Positions 26,301-41,300 of a stretch of DNA of 64,000 nucleotides are shown here, piece after piece (position 1 is the first letter of the stretch; each line of letters starts with the position of its first letter). Below the pieces are notes generated by a model. That model was not told where the DNA came from. It saw only the letters and a program-made list of their open reading frames with translations, and did not search any database. The translations under genes and the position numbers were made by a program. Source of the DNA: Takakia lepidozioides (taxonomy: Eukaryota; Plantae; Bryophyta). Location: assembly GCA_030704615.1 (NCBI GenBank), contig CM060733.1:70432001-70496000 (forward strand), given 5' to 3'.

Positions 26301-29300
26301 TGCACCCTGATGTACCTTCGTTTGTGTCACAATGCCAACTGGGAAACATGCAATGGCAGAAAATTGAAGGGTTCATTTCACCCTCAGATATCTGACTGCA
26401 AGACCAAATTTTATACCCTAAAACATTGAAAAGATCTGCTCAAACAATGTGCGTTGCCGCACACTGTTTGAGCTGGCAGTGCAGGGTTCATTTCATCCTC
26501 AGAAAGGTGCCCCTGAAGTCCAAATTTTGCACCCTAAAACATTGAAATGTTCAGCTCAAACAGTGTGCGTTGCCGCACACTGTTTGGGCTCACAGTGAAG
26601 GGTTCATTTCATCCTCATATAAGTGCCCCTGAAGTCCAAATTTTGCACCCTTAAACATTGAAATGTTTAGCTCAAACAGTGTGCCTTGCCGCACACTGTT
26701 TGAGCTGGCAGTGAAGGGTTCATTTCACCCTCTGATAACTGACTGCAAGACCAAATTTTGCACCCTAAAACATTGAAAGATCTGCTCAAACAGTGTGCTT
26801 GCCGCACACTGTTTGAGCTGGCAGTGCAGGGTTCATTTCATCCTCAGATAGGTGCCCCTGAAGTCAAATTTTGCACCCTAAAACATTGAAACGTTCAGCT
26901 CAAACAGTGTGCGGCAACGCACACTGTTTGGGCTGGCAGTGAAGGGTTCATTTCATCCTCAGATAGTGCCCCTGAAGTCCAAATTTTGCACCTTAAAACA
27001 TTGAAATGTTCAGCTCAAACAGTGTGCGTTGCCGCACACTGTTTGAGCTGACAGTGAAGGGTTCATTTCATCCTCAGAAAGGTGCCCCTGAAGTCCAAAT
27101 TTTGCACCCTAAAACATTGAAACGTTCAGCTCAAACAGTGTGCGGCAACGCACAGTTTGAGCTGGCAGTGAAGGGTTCATTTCATCCTCAGATAGGTGCC
27201 CCTGAAGTCCAAATTTTGCACCCTAAAACATTGAAAGATAGCTCAAACAGTGTGCATTGCCGCACACTGTTTGAGCTGGCAGTGAAGGGTTCATTTCATC
27301 CTCAGATAGATGCCCCTGAAGTCCAAATTTTGCACCCTAAACATTGAAATGTTCAGCTCAAACAGTGTGCGTTGCCGCACACTGTTTGGGCTGACAGTGA
27401 AGGGTTCATTTCATCCTCAGATAGGTGCCCCTGAAGTCCAAATTTTGCACCCTAAAACATGAAACGTTCAGCTCAAACAGTGTGCGCAACGCACACTGTT
27501 TGAGCTGGCAGTGAAGGGTTCATTTCATCCTCAGATAGGTGCCCCTGAAGTCCAAATTTTGCACCTAAGACATTGAAATGTTCAGCTCAAACAATGTGCG
27601 TTGCCGCACACTGTTTTGGCTGGCAGTGAAGGGTTCATTTCATCTCAGATAGGTGCCCCTGAAGTCCAAATTTTGCACCCTAAACATTGAAATGTTCAGC
27701 TCAAACAGTGTGCGTTGCCGCACACTGTTTGAGCTGACAGTGAAGGGTTCATTTCATCCTCAGAAAGGTGCCCCTGAAGTCCAAATTTTGCACCCTAAAA
27801 CATTGAAATGTTCAGCTCAAACAGTGTGCGGCAACGCACACTGTTTGAGCTGGCAGTGAAGGGTTCATTTCATCCTCAGATAGGTGCCCCTGAAGTCCAA
27901 ATTTTGCACCCAAAGACATTGAAATGTTCAGCTAAAACAGTGTGCGTTGCCGCACACTGTTTGGGCTGACAGTGAAGGGTTCATTCATCCTCAGATAGGT
28001 GCCCCTGAAGTCCAAATTTTGCACCCTAAAACATTGAAATGTTCAGCTCAAACAGTGTGGTTGCCGCACACTGTTGAGCTGACAGTGAGGGTTCATTTCA
28101 TCCTCAGATAGGTGGCCCTGAAGTCCAAATTTTGCACCCTAAAACATTGAAACGTTCAGCTCAAACAGTGTGCGGCAACGCACACTGTTTGAGCTGGCAG
28201 TGAAGGGTTCATTTCATCCTCAGATAGGTGCCCCTGAAGTCCAAATTTTGCACCCAAAACATTGAAATGTTCAGCTCAAACAGTGTGCGTTGCCGCACAC
28301 TGTTAGGGCTGACAGTGAAGGGTTCATTCATCCTGAGATAGGTGCCCTGAAGTCCAAATTTTGCACCCTGATGACCTTCGTTTGTGTCACAAACTGCCAA
28401 CTGGGAACATGGCAATGGCAGAAAATTGAAGGGTTCATTTCACCTCAGAATGACTGCAAGACCAATTTATACCCTAAACATTGAAAAGATCTGCTCAAAC
28501 AATGTGCGTTGCCGCACAATGTTTGAGCTGGCAGTGAAGGGTTCATTTCATCCTCAGAAAGGTGCCCTGAAGTCCAAATTTGCACCCTAAAACATTGAAA
28601 TGTTCAGCTCAAACAGTGTGCGTTGCCGCACACTGTTTGGGCTCACAGTGAAGGGTTCATTTCATCCTCATATAAGTGCCCCTGAAGTCCAAATTTTGCA
28701 CCCTTAAACATTGAAATGTTTAGCTCAAACAGTGTGCCTTGCCGCACACTGTTTGAGCTGGCAGTGAAGGGTTCATTTCACCTCTGATAACTGACTGCAA
28801 GACCAAATTTTGCACCCTAAAACATTGAAAAGATCGCTCAAACAGTGTGCGTTGCCGCACACTGTTTGAGCTGGCAGTGCAGGGTTCATTCACCTCAGAT
28901 AGGTGCCCCTGAAGTCCAAATTTTGCACCCTAAAACATTGAAACGTTCAGCTCAAACAGTGTGCGGCAACGCACACTGTTTGAGCTGGCAGTGAAGGGTT
29001 CATTTCATCCTCAGATAGGTGCCCCTGAAGTCCAAATTTGCACCCTAAAACATTGAAATGTTCAGCTCAAACAGTGTGCGTTGCCGCACACTGTTTGGGC
29101 TGACAGTGAAGGGTTCATTTCATCCTCAGATAGGTGCCCCTGAAGTCCAAATTTTGCACCCTAAAACATTGAAACGTTCAGCTCAAACAGTGTGCGGCAA
29201 CGCACACTGTTTGAGCTGGCAGTGAAGGGTTCATTTCATCCTCAGATAGTGCCCCTGAAGTCCAAATTTTGCACCTAAGACATTGAAATGTTCAGCTCAA

Positions 29301-32300
29301 ACAATGTGCGTTGCCGCACACTGTTTGGGCTGACAGTGAAGGGTTCATTTCATCCTCAGATAGGTGCCCCTGAAGTCCAAATTTTGCACCCTAAAACATT
29401 GAAATGTTCAGCTCAAACAGTGTGCGTTGCCGCACACTGTTTGAGCTGACAGTGAAGGGTTCATTTCATCCTCAGAAAGGTGCCCCTGAAGTCCAAATTT
29501 TGCACCCTAAAACATTGAAACGTTCAGCTCAAACAGTGTGCGGCAACGCACACTGTTTGAGCTGGCAGTGAAGGGTTCATTTCATCCTCAGATAGGTGCC
29601 CCTGAAGTCCAAATTTGCACCCTAAGACATTGAAATGTTCAGCTCAAACAGTGTGCGTTGCCGCACACTGTTTGGGCTGACAGTGAAGGGTCATTTCATC
29701 CTCGATAGGTGCCCTGAAGTCCAAATTTTGCACCCTAAAACATTGAAATGTTCAGCTCAAACAGTGTGGTTGCCGCACACTGTTTGAGCTGACAGTGAAG
29801 GGTTCATTTCATCCTCAGATAGGTGGCCCTGAAGTCCAATTTTGCACCTAAAACATTGAAACGTTCAGCTCAAACAGTGTGCGGCAACGCACACTGTTTG
29901 AGGGCTGAGTGTGAAGGTTCATTTCATCCTCAGATAGGTGCCCCTGAAGTCCAAATTTTGCACCCTAAAACATTGAAATGTTCAGCTCAAACAGTGTGCG
30001 TTGCAGCACACTGTTGGGCTGACAGTGAAGGGTTCATTTCATCCTGAGATAGGTGCCCCTGAAGTCCAATTTTGCACCCTGATGTACCTTCGTTTGTGTC
30101 ACAACTTGCCAACTGGAACATGCAATGGCAGGAAGAAAGTGAAGGGTTCATTTCACCCTCAGATATCTGACTGCAAGACCAAATTTATACCCTAAAACAT
30201 TGAAAAGATCTGCTCAAACAATGTGCGTTGCCGCACACTGTTTGAGCTGGCAGTGCAGGGTTCATTTCATCCTCAGAAAGGTGCCCCTGAAGTCCAAATT
30301 TTGCACCTAAAACATTGAAATGTTCAGCTCAAACAGTGTGCGTTGCCGCACACTGTTTGGGCTCACAGTGAAGGGTTCATTTCATCCTCATAAGTGCCCC
30401 TGAAGTCCAAATTTTGCACCCTAAACATTGAAATGTTAGCTCAAACAGTGTGCTTGCCGCACACTGTTTGAGCTGGCAGTGAAGGGTTCATTTCACCCTC
30501 TGATAGGTGACTGCAAGACCAAATTTTGCACCCTAAAACATTGAAAGATTGCTCAAACAGTGTGCATTGCCGCACACTGTTTGAGCTGGCAGTGCAGGTT
30601 CATTTCATCCTCAGATAGGTGCCCCTGAAGTCCAAATTTGCACCCTAAAACATTGAAATTCAGCTCAAACAGTGTGCGGCAACGCACACTGTTGAGCTGG
30701 CAGTGAAGGGTCATTTCATCCTCAGATAGGTGCCCCTGAAGTCCAAATTTTGCACCTTAAAACATTGAAATGTTCAGCTCAAACAGTGTGCGTTGCCGCA
30801 CACTGTTTGAGCTGACAGTGAAGGGTTCATTTCATCCTCAGAAAGGTGCCCCTGAAGTCCAAATTTTGCACCCTAAAACATTGAAACGTTCAGCTCAAAC
30901 AGTGTGCGGCAACGCACACTGTTTGATGGCTGGCAGTGAAGGGTTCATTTCATCCTCAGATAGGTGCCCCTGAAGTCCAAATTTTGCACCCTAAAACATT
31001 GAAAGTTCAGCTCAAACAGTGTGCGGCAACGCACACTGTTTGAGCTGGCAGTGAAGGGTTCATTTCATCCTCAGATAGAGCCCTGAAGTCCAAATTTTGC
31101 ACCCTAAAACATTGAAATGTTCAGCTCAAACAGTGTGCGTTGCCGCACACTGTTGGGCTGACAGTGAAGGGTTCATTTCATCCTCAGCAGGTGCCCCTGA
31201 AGTCCAAATTTTGCACCCTAAAACATTGAAACGTTCAGCTCAAACAGTGTGCGGCCGCACACTGTTTGAGCTGGAAGTGAAGGGTTCATTTCATCCTCAG
31301 ATAGGTGCCCCTGAAGTCCAATTTTGCACCCTAAAACATTGAAATGTTCAGCTCAAACAGTGTGCGTTGCCGCACACTGTTGAGGGCTGACAGTGAAGGG
31401 TTCATTTCATCCTGAGATAGGTGCCCCTGAAGTCCAAATTTTGCACCCTGATGTACCTCGTTTGTGTCACAACTTGCAACTGGGAACATGCCAATGGCAG
31501 AAAATGAAGGGTTCATTTCACCCTCAGATAGATGACTGCAAGACCAAATTTTGTACCCTAAAACATTGAAAAGATCTGCTCAAACAATGTGCGTTGCCGC
31601 ACACTGTTTGAGCTGGCAGTGCAGGGTTCATTTCATCCTCAGAAAGGTGCCCCTGAAGTCCAAATTTGCACCCTAAAACATTGAAATGTTCAGCTCAAAC
31701 AGTGTGCGTTGCCGCACACTGTTTGGGCTCACAGTGAAGGTTCATTTCATCCTCATATAAGTGCCCCTGAAGTCCAAAATTTGGCACCTTAAACATTGAA
31801 ATGTTTAGCTCAAACAGTGTGCCTTGCCGCACACTGTTTGAGCTGGCAGTGAAGGGTTCATTTCCCCTTGATAACTGACTGCAAGACCAAATTTTGCACC
31901 CTAAAACATTGAAAAGATCTGCTCAAACAGTGTGCATTGCCGCACACTGTTTGAGCTGGCAGTGCAGGGTTCATTTCATCCTCAGAAAGGTGCCCCTGAA
32001 GTCCAAATTTTGCACCCTAAAACATTGAAACGTTCAGCTCAAACAGTGTGCGGCAACGCACACTGTTTGAGCTGGCAGTGAAGGGTTCATTTCACCTCAG
32101 ATAGATGCCCCTGAAGTCCAAATTTTGCACCCTAAAACATTGAAATGTTCAGCTCAAACAGTGTGCGTTGCCGCACACTGTTTGGGCTGACAGTGAAGGG
32201 TTCATTTCATCCTCAGATAGGTGCCCCTGAAGTCCAAATTTTGCACCCTAAAACATTGAAACGTTCAGCTCAAACAGTGTGCGGCAACGCACACTGTTTG

Positions 32301-35300
32301 AGCTGGCAGTGAAGGGTTCATTTCATCCTCAGATAGGTGCCCCTGAAGTCCAAATTTGCACCTTAAAACATTGAAATGTTCAGCTCAAACAGTGTGCGTT
32401 GCCGCACACTGTTTGAGCTGGCAGTGAAGGGTTCATTTCATCCTCAGATAGGTGCCCTGAAGTCCAAATTTTGCACCCTAAAACATTGAAATGTTCAGCT
32501 CAAACAGTGTGCGTTGCCGCACACTGTTTGGGCTGACAGTGAAGGGTTCATTTCATCCTCAGATAGGTGCCCCTGAAGTCCAAATTTTGCACCCTAAAAC
32601 ATTGAAACGTTCAGCTCAAACAGTGTGCGGCAACGCACACTGTTTGAGCTGGCAGTGAAGGGAAGGGTTCATTTCATCCTCAGATAGGTGCCCCTGAAGT
32701 CCAAATTTTGCACCTAAGACATTGAAATGTTCAGCTCAACCATGGCGTTGCCGCACACTGTTTGGGCTGACAGTGAAGGGTTCATTTCATCCTCAGATAG
32801 GTGCCCTGAAGTCAAATTTTGCACCCTAAAACATTGAAATGTTCAGCTCAAACAGTGTGCGTTGCCGCACACTGTTTGAGCTGACAGTGAAGGGTTCATT
32901 TCATCCTCAGAAAGGTGCCCCTGAAGTCCCAATTTTGCACCCTAAACATTGAAACGTTCAGCTCAAACAGTGTGCGGCAACGCACACTGTTGAGCTGGCA
33001 GTGAAGGGTTCATTTCATCCTCAGATAGGTGCCCTGAAGTCCAAATTTTGCACCCTAAGACATTGAAATGTTCAGCTCAACAGTGTGCGTTGCGCACACT
33101 GTTTGGGCTGACAGTGAAGGGTTCATTTCATCCTCAGATAGGTGCCCCTGAAGTCCAAATTTTGCACCCTAAAACATGAAATGTTTCAGCTCAAACAGTG
33201 TGGTTGCCGCACACTGTTTGAGCTGACAGTGAAGGGTTCATTTCATCCTCAGATAGGTGGCCCTGAAGTCCAAATTTTGCACCCTAAACATTGAAACGTT
33301 CAGCTCAAACAGTGTGCGGCAACGCACACTGTTTGAGCTGGCAGTGAAGGGTTCATTTCATCCTCAGATAGGTGCCCCTGAAGTCCAAATTTTGCACCCT
33401 AAAAATTGAAATGTTCAGCTCAAACAGTGTGCGTTGCCGCACACTGTTAGGGCTGACAGTGAAGGGTTCATTTCATCCTGATATAGGTGCCCCTGAAGTC
33501 CAAATTTTGCACCCTGATGTACCTTCGTTTGTGTCACAACTTGCCAAATGGGAACAGCCAATGGCAGAAAATTGAAGGGTTCATTTCATCAGATATCTGA
33601 CTGCAAGACCAAATTTATACCCTAAACATTGAAAAGATCTGCTCAAACATGTGCGTTGCCGCACAGTTTGAGCTGGCAGTGCAGGGTTCATTTCATCCTC
33701 AGAAGGTGCCCCTGAAGTCCAAATTTGCACCCTAAAACATTGAAATGTTCAGCTCAAACAGTGTGCGTTGCCGCACACTGTTTGGGCTCACAGTGAAGGG
33801 TTCATTCATCCTCATATAGTGCCCCTGAAGTCCAAATTTTGCACCCTTAAACATTGAAATGTTTAGCTCAAACAGTGTGCCTGCCGCACACTGTTTGAGC
33901 TGGGCAGTGAAGGGTTCATTTCACTCTGATAACTGACTGCAGACCAAATTTGCACCCTAAAACATTGAAAGATCGCTCAAACAGTGTGCATTGCCGCACA
34001 CTGTTTGAGCTGGCAGTGCAGGGTTCATTTCATCCTCAGATAGGTGGCCCTGAAGTCCAAATTTTGCACCCTAAAACATTGAAACGTTCAGCTCAAACAG
34101 TGTGCGGCAACGCACACTGTTTGAGCTGGCAGTGAAGGGTTCATTTCATCCTCAGATAGGTGCCCCTGAAGTCCAAATTTGCACCTTAAAACATTGAAAT
34201 GTCAGCTCAACCAGGTGCGTTGCCGCACACTGTTTGAGCTGACAGTGAAGGGTTCATTTCATCTCAGAAAGGTGCCCCTGAAGTCCAAATTTTGCACCCT
34301 AAAACATTGAAACGTTCAGCTCAAACAGTGTGCGGCAACGCACATTGTTGAGCTGGCAGTGAAGGGTTCATTTCATCCTCAGATAGGTGCCCTGAAGTCC
34401 AATTTTGCACCCTAAAACATTGAAACGTTCAGCTCAAACAGTGTGCGGCAACGCACACTGTTGAGCTGGCAGTGAAGGGTTCATTTCATCCTCAGATAGA
34501 TGCCCTGAAGTCCAAATTTTGCACCCTAAAACATTGAAATGTTCAGCTCAAACAGTGTGCTGCCGCACACTGTTTGGCTGACAGTGAAGGGTTCATTCCC
34601 TCAGATAGGTGCCCCTGAAGTCCAATTTTGCACCCTAAAACATTGAAACGTTCAGCTCAAACAGTGTGCGGCAACGCACACTGTTTGAGCTGGCCAGTGA
34701 AGGGTTCATTTCATCCTCAGATAGGTGCCCCTGAAGTCCAAATTTTGCACCTAAGACATTGAAATGTTCAGCTCAAACAATGTGCGTTGCCGCACACTGT
34801 TTGGGCTGACAGTGAAGGGTTCATTTCATCCTCAGATAGGTGCCCCTGAAGTCCAAATTTTGCACCCTAAAACATTGAAATGTTCAGCTCAAACAGTGTG
34901 GTTGCCGCACACTGTTTGAGCTGACAGTGAAGGGTTCATTTCATCCTCAGATAGGTGGCCCTGAAGTCCAAATTTTGCACCCTTAAACATTGAAATGTTT
35001 AGCTCAAACAGTGTGCTTGCCGCACACTGTTTGAGCTGGCAGTGAAGGGTTCATTTCACCCTCTGATAACTGACTGCAAGACCAAATTTTGCACCCTAAA
35101 ACATTGAAAAGATCTGCTCAAACAGTGTGCATTGCCGCACACTGTTTGAGCTGGCAGGGCAGGGTTCATTTCATCCTCAGAAAGGTGCCCCTGAAGTCCA
35201 AATTTTGCACCCTAAAACATTGAAACGTTCAGCTCAACAGTGTGCGGCAACGCACACTGTTTGAGCTGGCAGTGAAGGGTCATTTCATCCTCAGATAGGT

Positions 35301-38300
35301 GCCCCTGAAGTCCAAATTTTGCACCCTAAGACATTGAAATGTTCAGCTCAAACAGTGTGCGTTGCCGCACACTGTTGGGCTGACAGTGAAGGGTCATTTC
35401 ATCCTCAGATAGGTGCCCTGAAGTCCAAATTTTGCACCCTAAAACATTGAAATGTTCAGCTCAAACAGTGTGGTTGCCGCACACTGTTTGAGCTGACAGT
35501 GAAGGGTTCATTTCATCCTCAGATAGGTGGCCCTGAAGTCCAAATTTTGCACCCTAAAACATTGAAACGTTCAGCCTCAAACAGTGTGCGGCAACGCACA
35601 CTGTTTGAGCTGGCAGTGAAGGGTTCATTTCATCCTCAGATAGGTGCCCCTGAAGTCCAAATTTTGCACCCTAAAACATTGAAATGTTCAGCTCAAACAG
35701 TGTGCGTTGCCGCACACTGTTAGGGCTGACAGTGAAGGGTTCATTTCATCCTCAGATAGGTGCCCCTGAAGTCCAAATTTTGCACCCTGATGTACCTTCG
35801 TTTGTGTCACAACTTGCCAACTTGGAACATGCCAATGGCAGAAAAGTGAAGGGTTCATTTCACCCTCAGATATCTGACTGCAAGACCAAATTTTGTACCC
35901 TAAAACATTGAAAAGATCTGCTCAAACAATGTGCGTTGCCGCACACGTTTGAGCTGGCAGTGCTGGGTTCATTTCATCCTCAGAAAGATGCCCCTGAAGT
36001 CCAAATTTTGCACCCTAAAACATTGAAATGTTCAGATCAAACAGTGTGCGTTGCCGCACACTGTTTGGGCTCACAGTGAAGGGTTCATTTCATCCTCATA
36101 TAATTGCCCCTGAAGTCCAAATTTTGCACCCTTAAACATTGAAATGTTTAGCTCAAACAGTGTGCCTTGCCGCACACTGTTTGAGCTGGCAGTAAGGGTT
36201 ATTTCACCCTCTGATAACTGACTGCAAGACCAAATTTTGCACCCTAAAACATTGAAAAGATCTGCTCAAACAGTGTGCATTGCCGCACACTGTTTGAGCT
36301 GGCAGTGCAGGGTTCATTTCATCCTCAGAAAGGTGCCCTGAAGTCCAAATTTTTGCACCCTAAAAACATTGAAACGTTCAGCTCAAACAGTGTGCGGGCA
36401 ACGCACACTGTTTGAGCTGGCAGTGAAGGGTTCATTTCATCCTCAGATAGTGCCCCTGAAGTCCAAATTTTGCACCCTAAAACATTGAAATGTTCAGCTC
36501 AAACAGTGTGCGTTGCCGCACACTGTTTGGGCTGACAGTGAAGGGTTCATTTCATCCTCAGATAGGTGCCCCTGAAGTCCAATTTTGCACCCTAAAACAT
36601 TGAAACGTTCAGCTCAAACAGTGTGCGGCAACGCACACTGTTTGAGCTGGCAGTGAAGGGTTCATTTCATCCTCAGATAGGTGCCCCTGAAGTCCAAATT
36701 TGCACCCTAAAACATTGAAATGTCAGCTCAAACAGTGTGCGTTGCCGCCCACTGTGAGCTGACAGTGAAGGGTTCATTTCATCCTCAGAAAGGTGCCCTG
36801 AAGTCCAAATTTTGCACCCTAAAACATTGAAACGTTCAGCTCAAACAGTGTGCGGCAACGCACACTGTTTGAGCTGGCCAGTGAAGGGTTCATTTCATCC
36901 TCAGATAGGTGCCCCTGAAGTCCAAATTTTGCACCCTAAGACATTGAAATGTTCAGCTCAAACAGTGGCGTTGCCGCACACTGTTTGGGCTGACAGTGAA
37001 GGGTTCATTTCATCCTCAGATAGGTGCCCCTGAAGTCCAAATTTGCACCCTAAAACATTGAAATGTTCAGCTCAAACAGTGTGGTTGCCGCACACTGTTT
37101 GAGCTGACAGTGAAGGGTTCATTTCATCCTCAGATAGGTGGCCCTGAAGTCCAAATTTTGCACCCTAAAACATTGAAACGTTCAGCTCAAACAGTGTGCG
37201 GCAACGCACACTGTTTGAGCTGGCAGTGAAGGGTTCATTTCATCCTCAGATAGGTGCCCCTGAAGTCCAAATTTTGCACCCTAAAACATTGAAATGTTCA
37301 GCTCAAACAGTGTGCGTTGCCGCACACTGTTAGGGCTGACAGTGAAGGTTCATTTCATCCTGAGATAGGTGCCCTGAATCCCATTTTGCACCCTGATGTA
37401 CCTTCGTTTGGGTCACAACTTGCCAACTGGGAACATGCCAATGGCAGAAAATTGAAGGGTTCATTTCACCCTCAGATATCTGACTGCAAGACCAAATTTT
37501 ATACCCTAAAACATTGAAAAGATCAGCTCAAACAATGTGCGTTGCCGCACACTGTTTGAAGCTGGCAGTGCAGGGTTCATTTTCATCCTCAGAAAAGTGC
37601 CCTGAAGTCCAAATTTTGCACCCTAAAACATTGAAATGTTCAGCTCAAACAGTGTGCGTTGCCGCACACTGTTTGGGCTCACAGTGAAGGGTTCATTTCA
37701 TCCTCATATAAGTGCCCCTGAAGTCCAAATTTGCACCTTAAACATTGCAATGTTTAGCTCAAACAGGTGCCTTGCCGCACACTGTTTGAGCTGGCAGTGA
37801 AGGGTTCATTTCACCCTCTGATAACTGACTGCAAAAGACCCAATTTTGCCACCCTAAAACATTGAAAGATTGCTCAAACAGTGTGCATTGTGCGCACAGT
37901 TTGAGCTGGAGTGCAGGGTTCATTTCATCCTCAGATAGGTGCCCCTGAAGTCCAAATTTGCACCCTAAAACATTGAAACGTTCAGCTCAAACAGTGTCGG
38001 CAAAGCACACTGTTTGATGCTGGCAGTGAAGGGTTCATTCATCCTCAGATAGGTGCCCCTGAAGTCCAAATTTTGCACCTAAAACATTGAAAGTTCAGCT
38101 CAAACAGTGTGCGTTGCCGCACACTGTTGAGGACAGTGAAGGGTTCATTTCATCTCAGAAAGGTGCCCCTGAAGGCCCAAATTTTGCACCCTAACACATT
38201 GAAAACGTTCAGCTCAAACAGTGTGCGGCAACGCACACTGTTTGAGCTGGCAGTGAAGGGTTCATTTCATCCTCAGATAGGTGCCCCTGAAGTCCAAATT

Positions 38301-41300
38301 TTGCACCCTAAAACATTGAAGTTCAGCTCAAAAACGTGTGCGGCAACGCACACTGTTTGAGCTGGCAGTGAAGGGTTCATTTCATCCTCAGATAGGTGCC
38401 CCTGAAGTCCAAATTTTGCACCCTAAAACATTGAAATGTTCAGCTCAAACAGTGTGCGTTGCCGCACACTGTTGGTGACAGTGAAGGGTTCATTTCATCC
38501 TGAGATAGGTGCCCCTGTGAAGTCCAAATTTTGCACCCTGATGTACCTTCGTTTGTGTCACAACTTGCCAACTTGGAACATGCCAATGGCAGAAAAGTTT
38601 GAAGGGTTCATTTCACCCTCAGATATCTGACTGCAAGACCAAATTTGTACCCTAAAACATTGAAAGATCTGCTCAAACAATGTGCGTTGCCGAAAACTGT
38701 TTGAGCTGGCAGTGCAGGGTTCATTTCATCCTCAGATAGGTGCCCTGAAGCCAAATTTGCCCCCTAAGACATTGAAATGTTCAGCTCAAACAGTGTGCGT
38801 TGCCGCACACTGTTTGGGCTGACAGTGAAGGGTTCTTCATCCTCAGATAGGTGGCCCGGAAGTCCAATTTTGCACCCTAAAACATGAAATGTTCAGCTCA
38901 AACAGTGTGGTTGCCGCACACTGTTTGAGCTGACAGTTGAAGGGTTTCTTTATCCTCAGATAGGTGGCCCTGAAGTCCAAATTTGACCCCCTAAAACATT
39001 GAAACGTTCAGCTCAAACAGTGTGCGGAAACGCACACTGTTTGAGCTGGCAGTGAAGGTTCATTTCATCCTCAGATAGGTGCCCCTGAAGTCCAAATTTG
39101 CACCCTAAAACATTGAAATGTCAGCTCAAACAGTGTGCGTTGCCGCACACTGTTAGGGCTGACGTGAAGGGTCATTTCATCCTCAGATAGGTGCCCCTGA
39201 AGTCCAAATTTTGCACCCTGAGTCCTTCGTTTGTGTCACAACTTGCCAACTTGGACATGCCAATGGCAGAAAAGTGAAGGGTTCATTTCACCCTCAGATA
39301 TCTGACTGCAAGACCAAAATTTTTGTACCCTAAAACATTGAAAGATCTGCTCAAACAATGTGCGTTGCCGCACACTGTTTGAGCTGGCAGTGCTGGGTTC
39401 ATTTCATCCTCAGAAAGGTGCCCCTGAAGTCCAAATTTTGCACCCTAAAACATTGAAATGTTCAGCTCAAACAGTGTGCGTTGCCGCACACTGTTTGGGC
39501 TCACAGTGAAGGGTTCATTTCAACCTCATATAACTGCCCCCTGAAGTCCAAATTTTGCACCCAACATTGAAATGTTTAGCTCAAACAGTGTGCCTTGCCC
39601 ACACTGTTTGAGCTGGCAGTGAAGGGTTCATTTCACCCTCTGTAACTGATGCAAGACCAAATTTTGCACCTAAAAAACATTGAAAAGATTGCTCAAACAG
39701 TGTGCATTGCCGCACACTGTTTGACGCTGGCAGTGCAGGGTTCATTTCATCCTCAGAAAGGTGCCCCTGAAGTCCAAATTTTGCCCCCTAAAACATTGAA
39801 CGTTCAGCTCAAACGTGTGCGGCAACGAACACTGTTTGAGCTGGCAGTGAAGGGTTCATTTCATCTCAGATAGGTGCCCCCTGAAGTCCAAATTTTGCCC
39901 CTAAAACATTGAAATGTTTCAGCTCAAACAGTGTGCGTTGCCGCACACTGTTTGGGCTGACAGTGAAGGGTTCATTTCATCCTCAGATAGGTTGCCCCTG
40001 AAGTCCAAATTTTGCACCCTAAAACATTGAAACGTTCAGCTCAAAAAGTGTGCGGCAACGCACACTGTGTTGAGCTCGGCAGTGAAGGGTTCATTTCATC
40101 CTAGATAGGTGCCCCATGAAGTCCAAATTTTGCACCCTAAAAAACATTGAAATGTTCAGCTCAAACAAGTGTGCGTTGCCGCACACTGTTGAGATGACAG
40201 TGAGGGTTCATTTCATCCTCAGAAGGTGCCCCTGAGTCCAAATTTTGCACCCTAAAACATTGAAACGTTCAGCTCAAACAGTGTGCGGAACGCACACTGT
40301 TTGAGCTGGCAGTGAAGGGTTCACATCCTCAGATAGGTTGCCCCTTGAAGTCCAAATTTGCACCCTAAGACAATTGAAATGTTAGCTCAAACAGTGTGCG
40401 TTGCCGCCACGTTTGCGGGGCTGATCAGTGAAGGGTTCATTTCATCCTCAGATAGGTGCCCCCTGAAGTCCAAATTTTGCACCCTATAAAACATTGAAAG
40501 TTCAGCTCAAACAGTGTGGTTGCCGCACCACTGTTGAGCTGACAGTGAAGGGTTTCATTCATCCTCAGATAGGTGGCCCCTGAAGTCCAAATTTTGACCC
40601 TAAAACATTGAAACGTTCAGCTCAAACAGTGTGCGGCAAACGCACACTGTTGAGTGGCAGTGAAGGGGTCTTTTCATCCTCAGATAGGTGCCCCTGTGAA
40701 GTCAAATTTTGCACCCTAAAACGTTGAAATGTTCAGCCAAACAGTGTGCGTGCCGCACACTGTTAGGGCTGACAGTGAATGGTTCATTCTCCTCAAGATA
40801 GGTGCCCTTGAAGTCCAAATTTTGCACCCTGATGTACCTTCGTTTGTGTCACAACTTGCCAACTTGGCACATGCCAATGGCAGGAAAAGTGAAGGGTTCA
40901 TTTCATCTCAGATATCTGACTGCCAGACCAAATTTGTACCCTAAACATGACAAGGATCTGCTCACAAATGTGCGTTGCCGCACACTTTTGAGCTGGCAGT
41001 GCTGTGGGTTCATTTCATCCTCAGAAAGGTGCCCCTGAAGTCCAAATTTTGCATCCTAAAACATTGAAATGTTCAGCTCAAACAGTGTGCGTTGCCGCAC
41101 ATGTTTGGGCTCACAGTGAAGGGTTCATTTCATCCTCATATAAGTGCCCCTGAAAGTCCAAATTTTGCACCCTTAAACATTGAATGTTTAGCTCAAACAG
41201 TGTGCCTTGCCGCACACTGTTTTGAGCTGGCAGTGAAGGGTTCATTTCACCCTCTGATAACTGACTGCAAGACCAAATTTTTGCACCCTTAAAACATGAA